Source: an uncultured delta proteobacterium
Lineage (GTDB): Bacteria > Desulfobacterota > Desulfobacteria > Desulfobacterales > UBA2156
Length of the DNA stretch: 64,000 nucleotides
Direction of reading: 5' to 3'
NCBI GenBank assembly: GCA_963736855.1
Contig: CAVTQK010000006.1
Coordinates: 1-64,000, forward strand
In this document: positions 1 through 7,445 of the stretch, in pieces
Layout: the number at the start of each line of letters is the position of its first letter
Numbering within the stretch: position 1 is the first letter of the stretch
Notes under the pieces: generated by a model
Told to the model about the DNA's origin: nothing
The model's database searches: none
Seen by the model: only the letters and a program-made list of their open reading frames with translations
Position numbers and translations under genes: made by a program

Positions 1-290
1 ATTATTGGGCTGCGAATGGTTGGGCCACACGCTTTACTGGCACGGTGGACCGGAAATCCTGGAAATCCAGGACGGGGATCGGAGAAAAACCTATTCTTTT
101 TTATTGAAAAACGCAGAACCGACTGCAAATCTGTATTTTGCCCTGAAACAACCATAATCGTAAGATCTTATAAGTCGCATCCTAAGGTTCTTAAAAGCAA
201 TTTTATACCCTTTTTTTGACGATGTGCCCATTACCCAGGATCCCTTTCATTCCAAAACAATGGACCCATTTTCAAGGATTTTTTGCCTTT

Positions 291-475
291 TTAAATAAAG
301 ATACCCGGTAACCCCCAGATCCGCGCCGCCTCCCGCTGCGTTAACCGATCTTCACTCCAACCAAAATACGTTCCCTCAAACTGCATCATTCGAGTCTCCT
401 GTAACCACTGTGTCCGCTTCATCAGTCCACCTCCTCGGTGACTTCATAACCCGGATAGTTTATTTGTTCTCTACA
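291..475 (-). mobile_element. Decayed left end of IS1202/ISNCY-like element, copy 1 (TGT terminus plus 43-aa truncated transposase N-terminus at 422-291)
   Basis: Minus strand starts TGTAGAGAACAAATAAACTATCCGGG; GGAGG RBS, then MKRTQWLQETRMMQFEGTYFGWSEDRLTQREAARIWG..., resembling the HTH start of ISNCY/IS1202 transposases; near-identical to ~4002-4178. Confidence 0.7.
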
Positions 476-650
476 ATTTAAAAATGTTCCACCCCCTCTA
501 TGGGGGACAGAAAGTTATTTTTCTCGATGTGAAAATTGAAAAAGGCCTTTTTGGCCTATTTTTTTGCAAATGGATTGAGAAAACGGACGTAAAAATTATC
601 AGATAAAAATATAATGAAAACAATTAATAACGGCTTTAAAAGATCTATAA

Positions 651-667
651 AGTTTACATAACATGTC
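651..667 (-). other. XerD-type half of a dif/xrs site (gacatg-TTATGTAAACT)
   Basis: TTATGTAAACT is the same 11-mer as the XerD/RipX arm of B. subtilis dif; no XerC arm is adjacent. Confidence 0.6.
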
Positions 668-696
668 CACTGCCCATGTCAGAAATTGAGCATTGT

Positions 697-915
697 TTAG
701 TCTGCTTCCATAACAGTGACACCAATCGGGAAATGGTCACTAAAACCATCCGGATCTATAGGCTTACCCATTCCGCCGAACGGGATGGGTGCTGGATACT
801 TGCCTGTGTGAACCATTTCCGGGAAGCGGATAATCTGAACCGCATCCTGCAAGACCTTGATTGGTGAATTTTCTTTCAACAGGTTTTTATTGGCGAGGAA
901 TTGGTCCAGAATATT
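697..915 (-). pseudogene. C-terminal fragment of endonuclease/exonuclease/phosphatase (EEP) family protein
   Basis: Frame reads NILDQFLANKNLL...GFSDHFPI; LDQ and SDHxP are terminal EEP motifs; N-terminal part absent. Confidence 0.7.
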
Positions 916-935
916 CGACTTGTTGTGCTATCTAA

Positions 936-1838
936 TCATTTGCTGTTGTTATATATGTCGATATCGGGATAGAGTTTTTTTGCACAATCCGGACAAATAC
1001 TATGGCTGAATTCAGCGTCTGAATGAACTTTAATATAGGATTCGATTTGAGTCCAGTAGCCAGTATCGTCACGAATTTTTTTGCATGATGCGCAAATAGG
1101 GAGTAAGCCGCTCAGAGTTTTTACTTTGCGTAGAGCACTTTTTAGCTCAACAATCAGATCATCTTTTTCGGTCTGAGCGCGTTTGCGTTCTTCCATTTCG
1201 ATTTTGATCTCTTCATGGGCTTTTTGAATTTCCTCCTTCTGTACCCGCAGGCGTCTCCTGATATTTGAGACAAATCCGCCGAAGAAGGCAAACCACGTCA
1301 GCAAAATGCCGAACAGAACGAAAAGGAATAGCTGGTATTGGATATTGAACCCCTGCCGATCCTGGAAGTACTCCAAGCCCAAGAGTGCTGCGTAAAGCCC
1401 CAACACGTACGCTACTACACTAAGATACTGTCGAAGCGTCAGGATCAGCATACCGAAGCTAAAGGGGGGCAGGTAAAACAGCAATATAATTGGACGTGCC
1501 TCTGGCAACCAATACATCGCCACAAATCCCCAAAAGGAGGCATAGATGATCTGTTCCCGAGTTAAAGATGGTTCTGAAAAGCGTAAATTTGCGTTTGTCC
1601 AAAATAGGACGAAGAACAAACTGACGCCAAACAGGCACAGCCCTATAAACGTTGCCCACTGCGCGCCGCTCAACTCACCAAGCCCAAGGAATGTGATCAG
1701 AACTGTCGCCAGGATCACAACTACATATGTGGCCACGGCGATGCCGAACCGCCGCAAACGCAGCCGCTGCATATGCTGAACAGCGTTGTTTGTCGACACG
1801 ATCTTCTCACTTGCTGCGTTGGACATTTTTGTAATCAT
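936..1838 (-). CDS. Multi-pass membrane sensor-like protein with coiled coil and C-terminal Cys-rich module (LLPICASCKKIRDD...FSHSICPDC)
   Basis: About 6 hydrophobic segments, charged coiled coil, CxxC...HxxCxxC tail. Confidence 0.8.
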   Translation of the reverse strand: MITKMSNAASEKIVSTNNAVQHMQRLRLRRFGIAVATYVVVILATVLITFLGLGELSGAQWATFIGLCLFGVSLFFVLFWTNANLRFSEPSLTREQIIYASFWGFVAMYWLPEARPIILLFYLPPFSFGMLILTLRQYLSVVAYVLGLYAALLGLEYFQDRQGFNIQYQLFLFVLFGILLTWFAFFGGFVSNIRRRLRVQKEEIQKAHEEIKIEMEERKRAQTEKDDLIVELKSALRKVKTLSGLLPICASCKKIRDDTGYWTQIESYIKVHSDAEFSHSICPDCAKKLYPDIDIYNNSK

Positions 1839-1891
1839 AGATTCTTCGATAGGCGTAGCGTTTGCCCGTCATAACAAATAAATACGGCATT

Positions 1892-1955
1892 TTAGAACCG
1901 CTGAGCTAACCGGGTGCCGCTTTTAAAGCGTCCGGTTGAAAGCGCCTTGTTCGGT
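1892..1955 (-). other. Integron attC-like site (~64 bp)
   Basis: Minus strand ACCGAAC-aaggcgctttcaaccggacgc...gcggcacccggttagctcagcg-GTTCTAA: imperfect palindrome with AAC/GTT ends just after the DUF2971 stop. Confidence 0.75.
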
Positions 1956-1972
1956 GCTCTGGTGCGTGTTCA

Positions 1973-2758
1973 CTATTCTATTCGTACTATGTCAAGGCCA
2001 AATTCTGCTGGTTTTGGACGTGCCTCAAAGAAACCCACCCGGCAATTTCCGTCTTTAACCCATTGTTTGACTGATGCTCGGACTTCGCCCGGTGTCATAC
2101 AGCCGAAAATGACTCCAGTCAAAAGCTCAACCGGATAACTGATGTTTTGGCTGGCCGTTTCAGGGCGAAAAATCCGATACTCCTTTTCATACGACCAGTG
2201 TCTGGACTTGGTGAGAATGACACGGGCCATCTGGCGTTCTTTGTCCTCATGTAAAGAAATCGGTGTGTGGTCCTCGTACTCGACCGGCTGAGCCTCACCG
2301 AAGAAAATGCAGTTACTTGAGCCGTCAAACTCAAGGCACAGCCCTTTGTGCTTGTCGGCGTAGTGTGCCCACATCAGGATGTCGTCTCTGACCTTCGAGA
2401 AGCAGACTATACCAGCTTTGTCCACGTCGCCCTGAACTCCTCGTCGTATTTCTTCGAGTGCATCGACGGACATCAGCTTGTCTATGAGGGCCGATTTCTC
2501 GGTCTCGCTCTTGGTGGGAAACTTGCGGTCGACGAACTCCTCGGCGAATCTCTTCAAGAAAGTGCCAGGTATTTGCAGAAGACTTGGGATGGCGCAGTCG
2601 AACGGGTCGTTAAAGGCTCGCCTGCTCGCAAAGAACAGCCTGTGTTCAACGAGAATCTGCCTCACCCACTCCATTCTCTCGTCATCGTCAGCAGGACATG
2701 AGAGATATTTGTAAAGAGGCATCGTTTCGAAGTGTGGTTCAGGCTCAGGTGTTAACAT
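1973..2758 (-). CDS. DUF2971-like protein (gene cassette)
   Basis: Motifs FNDPFD, CFS..LMWAHYADKHKGLCLEFD, KSRHWSYEKEYR; flanked by attC-like sites. Confidence 0.8.
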   Translation of the reverse strand: MLTPEPEPHFETMPLYKYLSCPADDDERMEWVRQILVEHRLFFASRRAFNDPFDCAIPSLLQIPGTFLKRFAEEFVDRKFPTKSETEKSALIDKLMSVDALEEIRRGVQGDVDKAGIVCFSKVRDDILMWAHYADKHKGLCLEFDGSSNCIFFGEAQPVEYEDHTPISLHEDKERQMARVILTKSRHWSYEKEYRIFRPETASQNISYPVELLTGVIFGCMTPGEVRASVKQWVKDGNCRVGFFEARPKPAEFGLDIVRIE

Positions 2759-2776
2759 TTTTCACTTTCTTTCTGT

Positions 2777-2900
2777 GCCGAACGCCGAATTGACCTGCAA
2801 CCGCAGGCGGCGCGGGGAAATGCGTTAGCGTTTTCCTTCCGCGACGACAAGGCGAAGCCCCGCCGCAGGCGGGGTTGTCTGGTCCAATGACATGTTCGCG
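2777..2900 (-). other. Integron attC-like site (~124 bp)
   Basis: Minus strand CGCGAAC-atgtcattggaccagacaacc...ggttgcaggtcaattcggc-GTTCGGC; DUF2971 ATG follows 18 nt after this end. Confidence 0.8.
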
Positions 2901-2908
2901 CCGCAGGC

Positions 2909-2947
2909 GCGCAACTGGCATTGGACCAGGTCAATTCGGCGTTCGCG
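2909..2947 (+). other. Minimal, oppositely oriented attC-like hairpin
   Basis: GCGCAAC-tggcattggacc-a-ggtcaattcggc-GTTCGCG: same arm sequences as the 2777-2900 site but no central variable region. Confidence 0.55.
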
Positions 2948-2965
2948 CCGCATCAGCGGCGCGAA

Positions 2966-2982
2966 CATATATTATTCAGACT
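2966..2982 (-). other. XerC-type half of a dif/xrs site plus 6-bp spacer (AGTCTGAATAA-TATATG)
   Basis: 11-bp arm ending ATAA plus AT-rich 6-bp spacer, followed by TTCGCG (cassette start) instead of a XerD arm. Confidence 0.55.
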
Positions 2983-3192
2983 CTTTTTTTATAGCATTCA
3001 ACCTCAATTTTGGAGTAGCTGGATCGTTTTATAGCGATCAAAAGGCCCCAGTATCTGAATAATTCTCTAACTGACTGTCAAGATTGCTGTTTTTTTAATT
3101 TGAGGTGTTTTTCCGACTTCTCGAAGATGATGTCACCGGCATTGAGAAAAGCGCTGATAAAGAGGATCTTTCCGATTCTTTATCGCCTAGCC

Positions 3193-3600
3193 TCACGGGC
3201 AGTTCACCGCTTCGGCATGGGTCCACAGGCTGAATGTCTGTCCCTTGGGACGGATCTTTATTTTTCCGGACATAGTCTTCCGCTCCTCAACAAAGACTGG
3301 ATCTCCGCCTTTTAAAATAAGAATGCGTCCTTCGGATTGGGCCATCAGCTTGGCAGCGGCTTCCGTATCCTTGTTTTCAATCATGGCAGAAACCTGATCC
3401 AGGAGCGTTTCGGTAAATGCGCCGAAGTGCCCTTTTTGGGTGATGCAGGGGCTGTCGGCATCCTGGGCCTGCGGCTTATGAGGCACCGCTTTTTGAGTGT
3501 CGAACAGAAATGATTTGATCCAGAAAAATATAGCCATGACGATGCCGATCAAAATCACGAATCCCTTGGCGATCTGTTCGGGGTTATATTTTACGGGCAT
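3193..3600 (-). CDS. Hypothetical membrane-anchored protein
   Basis: AAGGAG RBS before ATG at 3600; N-terminal TM segment; ORF track extends the frame to 3753. Confidence 0.6.
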   Translation of the reverse strand: MPVKYNPEQIAKGFVILIGIVMAIFFWIKSFLFDTQKAVPHKPQAQDADSPCITQKGHFGAFTETLLDQVSAMIENKDTEAAAKLMAQSEGRILILKGGDPVFVEERKTMSGKIKIRPKGQTFSLWTHAEAVNCP

Positions 3601-3825
3601 GGCGAGTCTCCTTTCGCCCCCTATATAATTAATCAGGTCGAAATGGGACGCGGTCAGCTCATCCAGGCCGGCCGTGGCCGGCAGGATCTGGATCGTGGGC
3701 TGGATGATGATTTCAGGCTGTTGAGAACCTTTAATCATCCCGGCCAATCGCATTAAACCATCGGGTACTTTTCTTTTCCCTTTTTCATACCTGTTATATG
3801 TCTATAAGGCAATACCCATATCCTG
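3601..3825 (-). pseudogene. Disrupted XRE-type HTH protein
   Basis: QDMGIAL*TYNRYEKGKRKVPDG with in-frame TAG at 3802-3804; 5' end replaced by the IS remnant. Confidence 0.5.
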
Positions 3826-4178
3826 ATGTTCCACTCCCCTCATAACGTTTACGATAGGTTTCCAAAACCTGCATCACTTTGTCCACCGGCGCCCGGCGAT
3901 GAGACACCAGGATCAGACGTTTGTCCCATAAACCCTCCATCACATCCTCTTCGTACCGGTGAATTTACCAACGCAAGACGTCCGCTCATAAACCCCAACA
4001 ACCGCGCCGCCTCCGCTGCGTTAACCGATCTTCACTCCAACCAAAATACGTTCCTCAAACTGCATCATCCGAGTCTCCTGTAACCACTGTGTCCGCTTAA
4101 TCAGTCCACCTCCTCGGTGACTTCATAAACCGGACAGTTTATGTGTTACAAACCCGGACAGTTTATTTATTCTCTACA
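3826..4178 (-). mobile_element. Decayed left end of IS1202/ISNCY-like element, copy 2 (frameshifted transposase 5' part)
   Basis: TGTAGAGAATAAATAAACTGTCCGGG terminus with tandem internal repeat ATAAACTGTCCGG; fragments KRTQWLQETRMMQFE and DKRL..VSHRRAPVDKVMQVLETYRKRYE; start codon mutated to ATT. Confidence 0.75.
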
Positions 4179-4277
4179 CTTTTCAACGCAAGACTTCCGT
4201 GACAAACCTGTGAGTGTTATATTGTTTTCGAATCAAAAATGCGACGCAAATCAAAAGTTTAATATAAGGATATAGAT

Positions 4278-5033
4278 ATGAAACTAGCTGTCAGCGGAAA
4301 AGGCGGTGTGGGAAAAACCACTTTTGCCGCCCTGCTCATACGGTCTTTAAGCCTTCAGGGCAAACATGTTTTGGCCATCGATGCGGATCCGGACGCCAAT
4401 CTTGCCGCAGCTTTGGGCATCAGCGGGGCGGACAAAATTACACCCATTTCGGAGATGAAGGATCTCATCTTCGAAAGGACCGGGGCAAAACCGGGCACCA
4501 TCGGCGGCTTTTTCAAGCTAAACCCCAAGGTGGACGATCTGCCTGATTCCCTTTCGGTAAAATTCGACCACATCAAGCTGATGCGCCTGGGCGGCGTGAA
4601 AAAAGGAGGCACGGGTTGTATCTGCCCGGAGAGTACCCTTTTGAAGAACCTTGTTATGCATATCGTCCTGGCACGGGACGAGGTCGTCGTCATGGACATG
4701 GAAGCCGGCATCGAGCATCTGGGTCGCGCCACGGCAAAGGCGGTGGACAGGCTCATCGTGGTAGTGGAACCGGGACGACGCAGCATCGACACGGCCGCTC
4801 ACATCAGACAACTGGCATCAGAGATCGGTCTCACGCAGTTGGCCCTGGTGGGAAACAAGGTCAGGGGTGAAAAAGACGAGCGCTTTTTGAGAGAAAACCT
4901 TTCCGATTTCAAGTTCCTTGGGTTTATCCCTTACGACGATGCCCTGGTGGAGGCGGATGTCAATGGCGTATCTCCCTTCGACGTGGACTCCGATGCAAAG
5001 CGACTGGTTCAAGATATGATTGCCAAGCTTTAA
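4278..5033 (+). CDS. cooC: CooC/AcsF-like Ni-insertion ATPase (MinD/ParA superfamily)
   Basis: GKGGVGKTT, DADPDANL, GCICPE (CxC), DMEAGIEHLGR. Confidence 0.85.
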   Translation: MKLAVSGKGGVGKTTFAALLIRSLSLQGKHVLAIDADPDANLAAALGISGADKITPISEMKDLIFERTGAKPGTIGGFFKLNPKVDDLPDSLSVKFDHIKLMRLGGVKKGGTGCICPESTLLKNLVMHIVLARDEVVVMDMEAGIEHLGRATAKAVDRLIVVVEPGRRSIDTAAHIRQLASEIGLTQLALVGNKVRGEKDERFLRENLSDFKFLGFIPYDDALVEADVNGVSPFDVDSDAKRLVQDMIAKL

Positions 5034-7195
5034 TGTACCAGCCAAAGCGATTCCCGGAAAAGCGCCGATGGAAGCCCCGAAAGAAGGGCGCGGTGCTTCA
5101 TATCCGGCCGGAAGCGGATGCGCAGCTCAAGAAGGTTTTTGCGGCCATCGGTGTTCCGGAACAAACCCCCTTTACACCGGACCCCTTCCAACTCGAAGCA
5201 GTCTCCGTCATCCGTCGATACGACTGCCTGGTCACGGCCCCCACCGGCGCCGGAAAAACCTGGATCGCCACGGAGACTATCACCCATTTCCACGAAAATG
5301 GGGGGCGTTCCTGGTATGCCTCGCCGTTAAAAGCGCTTTCCAATTCCAAATATGTGGAATTTTCGGCCCGTTTCGGCGCAGAAAACGTGGGGATTCTGAC
5401 CGGTGATCGAAAGGAGAACCCGGACGCACCCATCATCGTTGGGACCACCGAGATCCTGCGCAACCAGCTCTATGATTCCATGCATCGGGGGGAATCGCTG
5501 AACGCCGATTTCGTGGTCTTGGATGAAGCCCATTTCCTGGGCGACGAGGACCGGGGGGTCGTCTGGGAAGAAACCTTGATATATCTTCCGACGCGCATCC
5601 CCATATTGATGCTTTCTGCCACCGTGGGAAACGCCGAAGTAATCGCCGGCTGGCTTTCTTCAATCCGGTCCAAGAAGTGCGTGGTTGTCCAGGAGACCCG
5701 CCGACCGGTCCCTCTTTATCCCTTGTTCTTTCACCCGTCCGGAAAGCTTTTTCCCCTCCTGTCGGAGTCCGACTCCAAGTTTAAAAAAAAGGGCCGCCTT
5801 CATAAAAAGGTTGCCGAATACGCCGGGGCACCTCATCCTCCGAGGCTGGCACTGCCAAACCGCCTTCCCCCTTTCGGCGCCATCCTCCGGGTGATGAGAA
5901 AATTTAAGCTTCTCCCGGCCATATTCTTCTTAAAATCGCGATCCGACTGTGACCTGGCACTTGATCTTTGCGCGGACAATGTCGTTCGGAACGAAACGCG
6001 CAAAACGGACATCAGACATAAGATTGAAGAGCTCTGTGCCGCAAGCCCGCGTATCGCCAGACACCGACAACTATCGCAACTGGAGCATCTGGCGGTGGGA
6101 TCCCACCACAGCGGACAGCTTCCGGCCTGGAAACTGGTGGTGGAACGGATGATGACGGAAGGGCTTTTGGACGCCGTATTCGCCACATCCACAGTTGCCG
6201 CTGGGGTCAACTTCCCTGCCCGCACCGTCGTCTTTCTCAATTCGGACCGCTTCAACGGGACAGAGTTTCTCCCCATGACCCCTACGGAATTTCACCAGAT
6301 GACCGGACGAGCCGGAAGAAGGGGGATGGACCGGATCGGATTCGCCGTGGCCATCCCGGGAAAATTCATGGATCTTCGCCTTATCGCCGAACTCGTCGAT
6401 CAGGCGCCCACGGACGTGATCAGTCAGATCCGGATTAATTTTTCCATGGTTCTCAACCTGCTCTTGTCCCACACCCCTGACCAGATCGAGGAGCTATTGG
6501 CCAAATCCTTAGTCGCCTACCAGATGACCATGAGAAAGGTAACAAGGCAGGTAAGCACATCCTATATTGATCCTTCCAGACACCTGTGGAAGGATTTCAT
6601 ACGCCATTTGACTTTTCTCCAGGATGCCGGCTACGTGACGCGGGAAGGCGCACTCACCGACAACGGCGTGTGGGCCTCCAGGCTTCGGGTGGATCAGCCG
6701 CTTTTGATCGCGGAAGGATTCCGGCTGAACCTTTTTCCTGAAAAGGACCCTGCCCTGCTGGCCGCCCTCATGGCCGCCTTCGTCTTTGAAGGAGAAAACG
6801 AAGGGGATTTCATCAAAAGCGAGGTACCCCTACGGCTGCAGAAAGCATTTACCGCAGTCGCCGAAGGCCTTTCGCCTTTCGTCAAAAAGATGGCGAAAAG
6901 CCGATTTTTCGCAAATCCCTTTCTGATGACCCCCGCCTTTACACTTTATCTTTGGGCCGTAGGTCAACCCTGGGAGGCAATCTTAAAAAAAACCGGCATG
7001 TCGGAAGGAGATCTGGCCATGCTGATCCTGCGAACCGTGGACAATTTAAGGCATGTGGCCACCCTGAGAGAGGTTTTCCCTGAGGCTGTGGTCGCAGCAC
7101 GTGCGGCCATCGATCTTTTGCTTAAGGATCCGGTGATCATCGAAGAGCCCGATGCCGCCGAACCCTGGGCGCCGGTTTACCCGAATATTTCATGA
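5033..7195 (+). CDS. Ski2/HelY-like DEAH-box helicase
   Basis: PTGAGKT, PLKALSN, DEAH, LSAT, QMTGRAGRRG, DSHCT-like C-terminus. Confidence 0.9.
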   Translation: MYQPKRFPEKRRWKPRKKGAVLHIRPEADAQLKKVFAAIGVPEQTPFTPDPFQLEAVSVIRRYDCLVTAPTGAGKTWIATETITHFHENGGRSWYASPLKALSNSKYVEFSARFGAENVGILTGDRKENPDAPIIVGTTEILRNQLYDSMHRGESLNADFVVLDEAHFLGDEDRGVVWEETLIYLPTRIPILMLSATVGNAEVIAGWLSSIRSKKCVVVQETRRPVPLYPLFFHPSGKLFPLLSESDSKFKKKGRLHKKVAEYAGAPHPPRLALPNRLPPFGAILRVMRKFKLLPAIFFLKSRSDCDLALDLCADNVVRNETRKTDIRHKIEELCAASPRIARHRQLSQLEHLAVGSHHSGQLPAWKLVVERMMTEGLLDAVFATSTVAAGVNFPARTVVFLNSDRFNGTEFLPMTPTEFHQMTGRAGRRGMDRIGFAVAIPGKFMDLRLIAELVDQAPTDVISQIRINFSMVLNLLLSHTPDQIEELLAKSLVAYQMTMRKVTRQVSTSYIDPSRHLWKDFIRHLTFLQDAGYVTREGALTDNGVWASRLRVDQPLLIAEGFRLNLFPEKDPALLAALMAAFVFEGENEGDFIKSEVPLRLQKAFTAVAEGLSPFVKKMAKSRFFANPFLMTPAFTLYLWAVGQPWEAILKKTGMSEGDLAMLILRTVDNLRHVATLREVFPEAVVAARAAIDLLLKDPVIIEEPDAAEPWAPVYPNIS

Positions 7196-7445
7196 ATTTT
7201 TTCGACTGAAATCTTTTTGCCAATAAATCACAATGGCGTTAAATGTTTTATAGCTTTTTTTAAATAGGCAAACGGTCATTATATTTTTTGGAATTTAATC
7301 CTTTTTGAAGTCGAAAAATTTCACCCTTTGGGCGAGTGGCCTTGGCCGCATCTGCTGTGTTGCCCGACATTCGCAGTAGATGGACTACAGCTTCATGTCG
7401 GGTGCCTTGCATCTGCGGCCAAATTAACTCGTGAAATATCCGGGT
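7179..7445. mobile_element. MITE-like element with 17-bp terminal inverted repeats
   Basis: ACCCGAATATTTCATGA (7179-7195) vs TCGTGAAATATCCGGGT (7429-7445), 15/17 complementary; no credible coding content. Confidence 0.6.

Noticed and set aside
1..290. 67-aa ORF 16-219
   Set aside because: No RBS or motif recognised; cannot be supported at the window edge.
651..678. Intact chromosomal dif site
   Set aside because: Only the XerD arm is present here; the position of the XerC arm reads CATGGGCAGTG with no ATAA. Reported instead as half of a split site.
2777..2966. CRISPR array
   Set aside because: The repeats are inverted, unequal and lack regular spacers; no cas genes in the window.
3000..4270. 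Integron integrase or attI/Pc
   Set aside because: No tyrosine-recombinase ORF or remnant recognised; the TTGACA at 3081 has no properly spaced -10.
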